From Candidatus Firestoneibacteriota bacterium (GTDB lineage: Bacteria; Oederibacteriota; D2-FULL-39-29): a stretch of 64,000 nucleotides of DNA. Shown piece by piece: positions 29,691 to 38,532 of this stretch. Positions within the stretch are counted from its first letter, which is position 1. Every line of letters starts with the position of its first letter. The translations under genes and the position numbers were made by a program. The notes beneath the pieces were generated by a model, which was given only the letters and a program-made list of their open reading frames with translations, did no database searches and was not told where the DNA came from. The stretch lies in assembly GCA_903928075.1 (NCBI GenBank), contig CAIYPD010000070.1, positions 1,730-65,729 on the forward strand, written 5' to 3'.

Positions 29691-29722
29691 CGCCCCAAAG
29701 CGTTGGCGGATTTCGCTACTTC
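29691..29722 (-). promoter_or_regulatory. Conserved leader hairpin motif TAGCGAAATCCGCCAACGCTTTGGGGCGGAAG upstream of the nucleoside hydrolase start
   Basis: It is about 27/30 identical to the element upstream of the aminotransferase (19003-19031). Confidence 0.45.
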
Positions 29723-29850
29723 GCTCAAAATTTCCGATTGTCCGCCTTAAGGCGAGATCTCACCGTAGGTGGACTGATTAAACAAATTAAAGCAGAAAAT
29801 AATTCCTTACCAAAATTCTTCATTTTTTCATGTGCCGTTTGACACTACCC

Positions 29851-31008
29851 TTACTTTTTTGTCACATATCCCGCGATACCGCCTGCAACTGCGGCATATA
29901 CATTAAAATCTTTATCTATTACGGCTAGATCCGCGTCTTTACCGCATTTTAATTCACCTTTGTTCAGGGCTCCTATGGATTTGGCAGGAACGGTGCTCAG
30001 CATCCTGATAGTTTCTTCAAAGGAAGCCCCGGTGAAGGCCTGAAATCTTTTTGCGGCCTTATTTATGGGAAGCGCGGTGCCTATAAGCGTCCCATCCTTA
30101 TAATAACAGGTCCCGTTTATACTTTTATATTTGCGGTCCCCGTAAGTATATTCCCCGTCAGGCAGGCCGAGATTGGCCAGGCCATCGGTAATAATACAGA
30201 TGCGTTCTACCCCAAAAAGCCGGTAAGCCATTCTCAGCACGGCGGGATGAATATGGACACCGTCGCAGATAAGCTGGACGGTAACTTTATTTGCCTCTAG
30301 CGCCGCAAAAAAGGCCCCGGGCTTTTTGTGATCGAGCGGGGTCATAGCGTTAAAGAGATGGCAGACCTGGCTTATACCCGCATTTATTCCTGCTTTTGCC
30401 TCTTCATAGCCGGCCAGGGTGTGCCCCAGCGCAACGAGAACGCCTTTACGCTTAAGCTCCCGGATGATAGAGATACTCCCTTTAAGTTCCGGAGCAAGCG
30501 TCATCATTTTGAGAGTGGCACCCGTATCTTTTATTATTTCTCTGCAATATTTTAGCCCGGGCTTTGTTATTACCCCGGGATTTAGCATACCTTTTTTCTG
30601 ATAATTGATAAACGGTCCTTCCAGATGGATACCCAAAGGCTTTGCATACAAGAAATCACGGTCTTGTATATAATCCCGAAGCCGTTTAAGGTGTTCTTCT
30701 TTGCCGTCCTTTACAACTTCGGTAGTGGCAAGAAAAGAAGTGGTGCCTGAAGAGAGAGCCGAATAGGCCAGTTTTTCTATACCGGGCCTGTCTCCCGTCA
30801 GAAAATCAAAACCGCCTGCGCCCTGCAGATGAACATCAATAAAGCCGGGAACGACCCGCCTTCCCCGGCAATCAAGAAGAGGGATATTTTTTTCTTTTAT
30901 TTTTTGGCCTATCCGTGCTATTTTTCCTTTTTTTATAAGAATATCATTAAAGCCGGGCAGCGGTTTTGGTGAAAATATCCTGCAGTTCTTAAGTAGAAGT
31001 TCTCTCAT
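29851..31008 (-). CDS. nagA: N-acetylglucosamine-6-phosphate deacetylase
   Basis: It has the VPGFIDVHLQGAGGFDF motif and the amidohydrolase fold pattern. Confidence 0.85.
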   Translation of the reverse strand: MRELLLKNCRIFSPKPLPGFNDILIKKGKIARIGQKIKEKNIPLLDCRGRRVVPGFIDVHLQGAGGFDFLTGDRPGIEKLAYSALSSGTTSFLATTEVVKDGKEEHLKRLRDYIQDRDFLYAKPLGIHLEGPFINYQKKGMLNPGVITKPGLKYCREIIKDTGATLKMMTLAPELKGSISIIRELKRKGVLVALGHTLAGYEEAKAGINAGISQVCHLFNAMTPLDHKKPGAFFAALEANKVTVQLICDGVHIHPAVLRMAYRLFGVERICIITDGLANLGLPDGEYTYGDRKYKSINGTCYYKDGTLIGTALPINKAAKRFQAFTGASFEETIRMLSTVPAKSIGALNKGELKCGKDADLAVIDKDFNVYAAVAGGIAGYVTKK

Positions 31009-31115
31009 CTTCTTTCCTTTGTTTTCCGCGGGGGGCTAAGCAACAAGACCCGGTAAGATTAAACCGGGTCCCGGGATTTACAACTTTACTTATTTAGCGT
31101 GCCGTTTCTTCTTTT

Positions 31116-32067
31116 TTACTTTTGTAATTCAACCGGCTTTACCGGTAACTCAAATTGCTGTTCCGGATAGATTAAATCCGGATCTTTTATCTTATCTCTA
31201 TTATTTTTATAAAGGAGTGGCCAGAGGAAAGGGTCAGAAAATACCAGGGGACTTTTAGAGATATTCCAGAGGTTATCGCCTTTTATTACGGTATATTTAG
31301 TCGCCAGTGCAGCGGCCTTAACCGAGGCGGCAGCGAGACACGCCGATTTTGCGGCTTTGGCATCATCAGAGGCCTTACCCGCAGAGTCAATAGAACTGAC
31401 ATAATCTTTTTCAGAAAAAGCGGCAAGGGCCTTGTTCATATTTTCTTTCGCCGAAGCTAAAAGTTCCGGGGCGGCTTTTCCGGCGCCTGCTTTCTCTGCT
31501 TCAGCAATATCGGCTTTTGCCTGCTCAAGTAAATCTTTATTTTTTTTAACCAGTTCAGATAATCTCAGGGCTTCGGAGCCGCTCTCGTAAGCTATTTTTG
31601 CCGCCTCATAAGCACCTGTATAATCTTTTTCAATGTTTTTTTTTCTGCCCGGCGAGTAAATATTTTTCCGCCCGATTATAAAGTTCCGGAGCGGAATTTT
31701 CCGCGCCGGCTGCGGCCGCAGCTTTAATAGCGGCTCCTGCTTTTTCCAGCATGGCACCGGCCAACGCTTTGTTTTTGGCTGTCATGGCTTCTTCTTTGGC
31801 TTTTTTTGCAAAATTCAGAGCTACTTCATTTTCATCTTTCTTCAGAGCTTCTTCGGCAACTATGAGTTTGGACTCCGCTGATTCGAGAAACTCTTTAGCG
31901 TACTTCTCTGCTCCAGCTGACCGGGCCTCAACAATCGCCGTCCTGGCCGCGCCTATCAATGCCTGGATTTCATTATTGACCTTGGTGTCTCTTATAGCAG
32001 ACTTTTCTGAGGCACAGCCCACCAAGAAAAGTACCGCAAACAAAAACACTAGAAGTGCTTTTTTCAT
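31116..32067 (-). pseudogene. Lipoprotein gene (signal peptide/LVGC lipobox, DUF4398-like repeats, C-terminal LysM) interrupted by a frameshift in an A9 tract at 31636-31644
   Basis: ORF 31630..32067 (DUF4398-like lipoprotein) ends in ...QKKKH*. The overlapping ORF 31116..31757 continues in the -1 frame with further DUF4398-like repeats and LysM (YTVIKGDNLWNISK...). Removing one A joins them into ...AGQKKNIEKDYTGAYEAAK... Confidence 0.6.
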
Positions 32068-32090
32068 GTTTTCTCCCGAAAACCGCTTGT

Positions 32091-33479
32091 TTACTTAGCT
32101 TCTGCGGCTTTCTCAATTTCCTTCAGGGAATCTACAACAGCCTTACTTATAACAAAGACCGAATCTGAAATGTTTATATTAGCAAAAATCCCGGTTTTTG
32201 TCTCTTCGCCGAGGAAAAGTTTGAATTTAAGCACCCTTTCATTGTTCTCCCTGTTGTAAAGAGCAACACTCTGCACGGAGTTTTTTAGACCATATTTTTC
32301 CAGTTTTTTTCCGGAATCATCTGTAAACTCTTCGGCTTTTAGTTCCAGCAGCTGATTAATAAGCTTCTTTAATACTTCTTCACCTTTTTTTTCTTTGCTG
32401 ACTTTGCTTTTATCGCCGGCCGGCCGGGCAGGGAGAACAAGTGCGTAGGCTCCGGTTTTATCTTTCAACGCGGTAAATTTCTTTTTACCGTTTACAATTT
32501 CTATTTCACTAATCTCCGCTTCCTTAAGCCAGACAAGTTTTTTGTCCCTGTAATCATTATAAGTTTTATCGGCTTCTTTGATGAAATCACCGTTTATCGA
32601 GTATATCACCATGGAATTTTCGAGCCGGGCGTAAGTTTCTTCTTTTTCGGCCAGTTTTTTTCCTACAAGCGCCGTTATCTTCTTCCCGTTATCCAAAAAC
32701 ACCGTGACCAAAAGCCGGGGCCGGTCGAGCCCGTATTTTTTAAGATCTTTCGCTTCATCCTCTATTATGTCAGTTGCTTTTATTTTTTTCAAGGAAGTTA
32801 GTAGTTTTTCTACTTCGTCCTTGCTGCCCTTAAAAGTATAGGGCGAAATGAGCCAGTTCTTGTCCTCTCCCTTAAGGAGTGAATACTCTTTGGTCTCAAA
32901 TTTCACATCTACACGGTTAACCATACCGGTGTCTATGTCGAAAAAGGATTTTTTTCTAAGATCTTTAACGCCCTTCAGCAGAGGTTCCAACGAAAAACTA
33001 TAGCCGAGAAAAATATCATTTATGTCTTTATCTTTCAGGTAATAGAAGGTGCCTGTGGGGTTCTTATCCCCGATAAAGAGAGTGTGTTTTTTCCCGTTTT
33101 TCAGGACAAAAACCGCGGCATACGCAGGTTTTTCCAGGCCGTAATCTTTAAGTGCTCCCGGCTTCTCTATTTTGCGATCCAAAGACAGGGAGGCAAGATT
33201 TGTAACTACCGCTTCCACCTCGCTTTTTTCTATCTCATAGGCTCTGGGTTTAAGCATCCCCCAATCAGAAGCGCCTGAACGCTCACAGGAAACTGTTTCC
33301 GTTTTAAGATTATTAATCAGCTCAAAAGATTTAATATCGTCTTTTTCAATTTTGTAGATCTTTATTTTATCCCGGCTTATTTTATCGCCACTGTCTAAAT
33401 AAAGCGCTACCGCGGCAAGCAGAATAAATATACCGGCAACAATCCAGGTAGTTTTAAAACTCTTTTTTTTGGGACTCAC
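32091..33479 (-). CDS. DUF4340 domain protein (Gldg-associated), N-terminal TM
   Basis: The architecture and operon context sit with GldG and ABC-2 genes. It uses a GTG start. Confidence 0.6.
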   Translation of the reverse strand: MSPKKKSFKTTWIVAGIFILLAAVALYLDSGDKISRDKIKIYKIEKDDIKSFELINNLKTETVSCERSGASDWGMLKPRAYEIEKSEVEAVVTNLASLSLDRKIEKPGALKDYGLEKPAYAAVFVLKNGKKHTLFIGDKNPTGTFYYLKDKDINDIFLGYSFSLEPLLKGVKDLRKKSFFDIDTGMVNRVDVKFETKEYSLLKGEDKNWLISPYTFKGSKDEVEKLLTSLKKIKATDIIEDEAKDLKKYGLDRPRLLVTVFLDNGKKITALVGKKLAEKEETYARLENSMVIYSINGDFIKEADKTYNDYRDKKLVWLKEAEISEIEIVNGKKKFTALKDKTGAYALVLPARPAGDKSKVSKEKKGEEVLKKLINQLLELKAEEFTDDSGKKLEKYGLKNSVQSVALYNRENNERVLKFKLFLGEETKTGIFANINISDSVFVISKAVVDSLKEIEKAAEAK

Positions 33480-33620
33480 GATGCAAATACCCCCTTTTCC
33501 AGTTAGACTAAGACTTTCCAGAAAATGATAAATGTCTCTAAAAGTTCATCAAAGTCTATAATGGTCTTTAAATGTAAACTCTTGCTTTCACCTTGTACCT
33601 TGTAAATTGCACTTTATACT

Positions 33621-35165
33621 TTATCTTCCTCTTCTCTTCCACCATACAAACAACCCGGCGCCTACTACTAAAAGAGGCGTGACAAAAATTGTCATAACCC
33701 AGACAATCGTATCCTGTACCGGGGTAAGCAGGAGAGGCCGAATATCAACAGTCTTGGGTCTTATAGCAATTTTTAAGCCTTCATCCATAAGCCAGTTAAT
33801 TGAATTAGCGAAAAGTTCCGTACCACCTTGATAGCCACCCACGCCTCCGGGCGCATTGGAGATAAAATCAGAGTCCCCGATGATAACTATCTTTGTTTCA
33901 TAGTCTGTTTCTTTTTTATTATCCTTCTTTACCTCTTTTCCGGCTTTGACAATTTCTTTAACAGTATAACCAAGACAGAGCGGTGCAGGAAGATCAGCAG
34001 CATCTTTTCTGACCTTGCCGGACTTCAGGCTCGCCAGGTCAGTTTCACCCCAGCTCGTAGGAGAGGACATAAATAGTTTTTCTTTTACAATGGTTCGGTT
34101 CTTCTTTTTCTCAAGCTCGGATATAGACCTGACCGAAGGAAAGAAGACAGGAACATTGTTTTTGATTAAAGGCTCCGTAATCGCATGTGTTTCATATTCA
34201 GGGATGGGCGAGGCCGGGTCGGAATACATAACAAGGTTAAGGCAGCTCTTGGTATCCACTACAAAATCATTATCCATTTTTAGTTCCCAGTTAGCCAGGA
34301 CGGAATCGAAGCCGGCATTTACCAGCGGCTCCAGTAAAAGCATCGCCTTGCCTCCGTTTTCCAGATATTTTTTTACAGCCTCCGCTTCGGCGGCGGAGAA
34401 GGCCTGCTGGGGCCCGGCTACCACAAGCACTGTGCAATCCGCGGGAATTTTACCTTCTTTTATAATATTAAGCTTTTTTACTTCATAGTTATCGCCGATC
34501 AGGGTCTGTTTGATTACGGCCGCGCCCGCAGGCGTCTTCATATCATCCGAGTCTTTCTCTTTATGCCCGTCGGTAAAATAAACTATCTTTTTTCCGGTCT
34601 CCTGCACTTCCAAAATCGCGTTGATTATTGCCTGTTCGCCTTTGAACTCCACGCCTCCCTGCTGCTGGCGGCGGGGATCCTGCCCTATAATATCCCTTTC
34701 ATAAATATCCTTTCTTTTATCTCCGAGTTCAATAACCATGGTGTTGTATTCCATAATATTGTAGCCCTTGGCGGCGGTGGTGTCCACATCAAGATCATAA
34801 ATCTTGGTCTTAACTTTAGAACTCACCTTAGCAAGATCCTTAAGCAGGGAGATCATATATTTCTCATAAAGCACACTTCTCTTGACAAAAACGGTTACCC
34901 GCAAATCCTGTTTAAGATCTTTAACTATTTTTCTTGACTGGTCGGAGATGCTGTATTGTTTATTGGCCGTGGTATCGTACTGCAAAGGGTAACTGTTGAT
35001 TATGCGCTGAACAAACCAGATGATACCCAGGACCATAAGAATCAAAAGTACTGCGTTGGTCCCGTGCTTGAGATTCCGGCCCTTAAAAAGTTTTTTAAAT
35101 ACTTCTTTAATGTTTTCTATAATTTTTTTCATTTTTTTAATCATCCCCCTTACCATCTCTTCCAT
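33621..35165 (-). CDS. GldG-like ABC-transport auxiliary component (ABC_transp_aux), N- and C-terminal TM
   Basis: The size, the TM ends and a 16-bp overlap with the upstream ABC-2 permease gene all fit a GldG-like component. Confidence 0.7.
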   Translation of the reverse strand: MEEMVRGMIKKMKKIIENIKEVFKKLFKGRNLKHGTNAVLLILMVLGIIWFVQRIINSYPLQYDTTANKQYSISDQSRKIVKDLKQDLRVTVFVKRSVLYEKYMISLLKDLAKVSSKVKTKIYDLDVDTTAAKGYNIMEYNTMVIELGDKRKDIYERDIIGQDPRRQQQGGVEFKGEQAIINAILEVQETGKKIVYFTDGHKEKDSDDMKTPAGAAVIKQTLIGDNYEVKKLNIIKEGKIPADCTVLVVAGPQQAFSAAEAEAVKKYLENGGKAMLLLEPLVNAGFDSVLANWELKMDNDFVVDTKSCLNLVMYSDPASPIPEYETHAITEPLIKNNVPVFFPSVRSISELEKKKNRTIVKEKLFMSSPTSWGETDLASLKSGKVRKDAADLPAPLCLGYTVKEIVKAGKEVKKDNKKETDYETKIVIIGDSDFISNAPGGVGGYQGGTELFANSINWLMDEGLKIAIRPKTVDIRPLLLTPVQDTIVWVMTIFVTPLLVVGAGLFVWWKRRGR

Positions 35166-35857
35166 TCAAGACGCTTTACCGTAATGAAAAGGAAGAAGAA
35201 AATCATCGCTATATAATAGAAGATATTTCCGGCATCAAGAACGCCCTTGCCCAGGTTTTCAAGATTGTTCATCATCGAAAGGCTGCTGATAAAATTCCCC
35301 GCGCCGCCGCCGATAAGATCCCCCGCCCAACCGATGACCCAAAGAAATATCAGAACCACCATGCCGACAATAGCGGAAATAAGCTGATTCTCGCTCAGGG
35401 AAGAGGCAAAGAGCCCCACCGCAAGATAGGTGCCCCCGAGCAGAAAAAAGCCCAGCAGGGAAGTGAAAATAGGACCGAGATCCGGTTTACCAAAAAGAAT
35501 AAGATAGAGGGGATACTGAAAAGTAATAACGACCATCGCTAAAAAGAGGATTAAAGCCGCCAGGTATTTACCTGCGACTATTTCCGAGACCTTAATAGGT
35601 GAAGTAAAGAGAAATTCTATGGTCCCCAGCTTTTTTTCCTCGGAAAGCAGGCGCATAGTGATAAGGGGGCTCATAAGCATAAAGGTAAAACTCATATTCA
35701 TGATTATACCCCGGGCTTCCGCCATCCGGGAAGAGGCCAGGATAACATAGAAAAAGTAACCGGAAATAAGGAGAAACAGCCCGATAACGACATACGCCAC
35801 GGGCGAAACAAAATAGGACTTTAATTCTCTTTTTGCAATAACCCAGACCTTGTTCAT
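35150..35857 (-). CDS. ABC-2 family transporter permease (GldF-like)
   Basis: The N-terminus (MNKVWVIAKRELKSYFVSPVAYVV) and six TM segments are typical of ABC-2 permeases. Confidence 0.8.
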   Translation of the reverse strand: MNKVWVIAKRELKSYFVSPVAYVVIGLFLLISGYFFYVILASSRMAEARGIIMNMSFTFMLMSPLITMRLLSEEKKLGTIEFLFTSPIKVSEIVAGKYLAALILFLAMVVITFQYPLYLILFGKPDLGPIFTSLLGFFLLGGTYLAVGLFASSLSENQLISAIVGMVVLIFLWVIGWAGDLIGGGAGNFISSLSMMNNLENLGKGVLDAGNIFYYIAMIFFFLFITVKRLEWKRW

Positions 35858-35858
35858 T

Positions 35859-36797
35859 TTATTCCTCCCTCGTTGTAAGTTTCAAGAAGACCTGTTCCAG
35901 GCTCAAAGCCGCGCTCTTCATTTCCAGGATGACCCAGTCATTCTTTACGGCGGTTCTGAATATGTCTTCGCGGATATCTATGCTGCCGGCGCGAACCACT
36001 TCTATGACGGTGGAGCTGCCCTCGTTCTTTACGGAAACAATTCCGGCATTATTAATTTTGGTAAACTCTTTTTTAATATCTTCCCCCGTCAAATTCCCTT
36101 TGAGTTTAACAGAGACCCGGTCGCCGCCTTCGGATTTCTGCAGGAGCCCTTCCTGGGTATCTTCGGCCACGATATGACCGGCATCAATAATAACAACTTT
36201 ATTACAGGTCATGGAAACCTCGGGCAGAATGTGACTGGAAAGAATAACCGTTCTCTCGCCGGCCATATTTTTTATAAGTTCCCGGATCTCAATAATCTGC
36301 TTGGGGTCCAGGCCGATAGTGGGTTCGTCTAATATCAAAACCTCGGGCTCGTTAAGGAGCGCCTGAGCTAAGCCAACCCTCTGTTTATAGCCGCGGGAGA
36401 GCCGGCCGATTATCCTGTTGGAAACATCGTTTGTTCTTGTAAGTTCCATGGCTTTGCGGATCTGTTTTTTCCGGTCGTTTTTTGGCACGCCTTTAAGTTC
36501 GGCAACAAATTCCAGATAGGAAGAGACAACCATTTCATGATAGAGAGGCAGGACTTCCTGCAGATACCCGATGCGTTTTTTTACTTCCATAGTTTCTTCG
36601 ACTACATCAAAACCCGCAACTGTTGCCGAGCCGGAGGTCGGTTGAAAATACCCCGTGAGAATTCTCATAATCGTAGTCTTGCCGGCGCCGTTCGGACCCA
36701 GCAAACCTAAAATCTGCCCTTTTTCAACGGTGAAGGAAACATCTTCCACCGCTCTATTTGGACCATAGAACTTGGTGAGTTTTTTTACTTCTATCAA
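35859..36797 (-). CDS. ABC transporter ATP-binding protein (GldA-like)
   Basis: It has Walker A (GLLGPNGAGKTT), the signature LSRGYKQR and Walker B (ILILDEPT). It uses a TTG start. Confidence 0.88.
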   Translation of the reverse strand: MIEVKKLTKFYGPNRAVEDVSFTVEKGQILGLLGPNGAGKTTIMRILTGYFQPTSGSATVAGFDVVEETMEVKKRIGYLQEVLPLYHEMVVSSYLEFVAELKGVPKNDRKKQIRKAMELTRTNDVSNRIIGRLSRGYKQRVGLAQALLNEPEVLILDEPTIGLDPKQIIEIRELIKNMAGERTVILSSHILPEVSMTCNKVVIIDAGHIVAEDTQEGLLQKSEGGDRVSVKLKGNLTGEDIKKEFTKINNAGIVSVKNEGSSTVIEVVRAGSIDIREDIFRTAVKNDWVILEMKSAALSLEQVFLKLTTREE

Positions 36798-37115
36798 GTG
36801 AAGTACCCCCTTACAAAAAAATTAAGTACAAAGTACTAAGTACGATGTACAAAGCATTTTAAGAATGTAATATGTAATCATTGGTTCTTCTATATAGACA
36901 CAGTTCAGCAGTTAAAAGTTCCATAAAACCGGATTTTTCCTAATAATTAGTTAATATTATATCAGAAAACAACGCGGATTTTAAGAATTTTATCTATTTA
37001 TTACAAATTTTCCTCGAATTCCTTTCCCAACAAAGGCCTTTATGAAAAAACCAGAAACACTTTTTCCGGCAATTTTCCAGGATTTACCTCCATATTCTAA
37101 GGCTTTACTTTGCTA

Positions 37116-38453
37116 TTATTTTAATGTTTTCAATTTTTTCAAATTTTCGGCACCGATTTCATCGGCTTTTTCGCGATAGGTCTCCCACATCGCCTTTACA
37201 AAATCAGAAGGAAATGGATTATAACCCGCCGGCTGCATTGTTTTTTTATCGACCATACCGGTTTTGGCTTCAAGAACCCAGCGATCCACATAATCAAAAT
37301 AGGGATTGTGGTTCCAGTTATCCTTAACTCCCAGCATTCTGGCGGTAAGCGCCTGCGCTACCCAGGTCGGCCCGTTCAAAGCACGGTAACCCTCGGACTT
37401 CCAGCCGTCATTATCGCGCACAAACGGCGGTCCGGCCCACTTTTCCGGCCGCAGGTGCTCGTGCTTGCGGGCTTCGCTGGGATCTATCTTCCAGAGAACT
37501 TTCTGCCCGCGGTAGCCTTCGCCATAATAGGTTTGATCGTCCTCGGCAAAAATGGCTTTGACATTTTTCATTCCGTCGTGATTCAAAAGTACCCCGGCGA
37601 AAATTATAGGAATTTTCCGGCCGGAGTCATGACCGCCGTTGGCAAACCAGAGTTTATTATTCGATTGAGTCACGCCGTAGTAGTCTATCCCCAGCTGGAC
37701 AAATTTCAAAAGCAGTTTCTCATACTTGCCTTCCGGATCCTCCACCACAAGCATAAGGCTGACCGTGGAAACAACATTTGTTATTTCGCGGCCGTAGTCC
37801 GGCATATTTTCCATAGGGTGCATCTCCCGCGAACTCCAATCCGGCCAGTGATCAAGCCAGATTCTTTGCAAGTACCTTTCGTAACCGGCCGCCTCAGGCA
37901 CCTTCCCTGCGGCTTTAACCTTGGGCAGCATTTCGCGGCGCAGCTGGCCGGCGGTAAAATTAAGTTTTTCCGCGCCCACATAGGCAGGACGAAAGGCATC
38001 AGCCGGCGGAGCGGAAATAACGCAGGTCAAGACCGCAGCCGTCTGAACCGGCCCGCGGCAGTACTGTCCGTTAACTGTATCCGGTGTCCTCTCCCCGACT
38101 TTATTAACGCTTAGAGTACTCACCAGCGACTGGCCGGGTTTTAGTTCCAGCGGGAGCGTAACCTGTAAGGCCGGAGTAAAACCGTTCAGGCGGTCATCAT
38201 AACCCTGCTTGTTACCCGCAGGCGGATTGACCACCGAGCCGTGCCGTCCGGCGGCAGAAGCCGGTTTGATATTCTTCAGAGTTACCGGACCGGCAACCCA
38301 GAAGTCACCGGTAATATATCTCCCGGAACTTACGGGCTTTTCAAATTCCCAGGTAATGCCGTATTGCGACAGAGAAGTTACTTCTTCTCCCGCAAATAAC
38401 CCGGAGATAAAAAGCACCGCTAAGAAAACATTTCTTCCAAAGCTTCTCAACAT
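37116..38453 (-). CDS. Secreted hypothetical protein (445 aa), GC-rich
   Basis: It has a signal peptide, no recognised family, and lies adjacent to the GH10 xylanase cluster. Confidence 0.6.
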   Translation of the reverse strand: MLRSFGRNVFLAVLFISGLFAGEEVTSLSQYGITWEFEKPVSSGRYITGDFWVAGPVTLKNIKPASAAGRHGSVVNPPAGNKQGYDDRLNGFTPALQVTLPLELKPGQSLVSTLSVNKVGERTPDTVNGQYCRGPVQTAAVLTCVISAPPADAFRPAYVGAEKLNFTAGQLRREMLPKVKAAGKVPEAAGYERYLQRIWLDHWPDWSSREMHPMENMPDYGREITNVVSTVSLMLVVEDPEGKYEKLLLKFVQLGIDYYGVTQSNNKLWFANGGHDSGRKIPIIFAGVLLNHDGMKNVKAIFAEDDQTYYGEGYRGQKVLWKIDPSEARKHEHLRPEKWAGPPFVRDNDGWKSEGYRALNGPTWVAQALTARMLGVKDNWNHNPYFDYVDRWVLEAKTGMVDKKTMQPAGYNPFPSDFVKAMWETYREKADEIGAENLKKLKTLK

Positions 38454-38532
38454 TATATATTCTCCCTTTAATAAATATTTTTTTTAAATATTTTATTGCT
38501 TCTTTTAAAAAGTTATTTAAACCGGCAGATCG

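Noticed and set aside
36798-37115. Search for tRNA or small RNA genes in the larger intergenic spacers (36798-37115, 56492-56789, 63105-63300, 16935-17128)
   Set aside because: No cloverleaf-compatible sequence (no GTTCGAATC-type T-arm with a matching acceptor stem) or other recognisable RNA gene signature was found by eye. These spacers are AT-rich promoter-like DNA.
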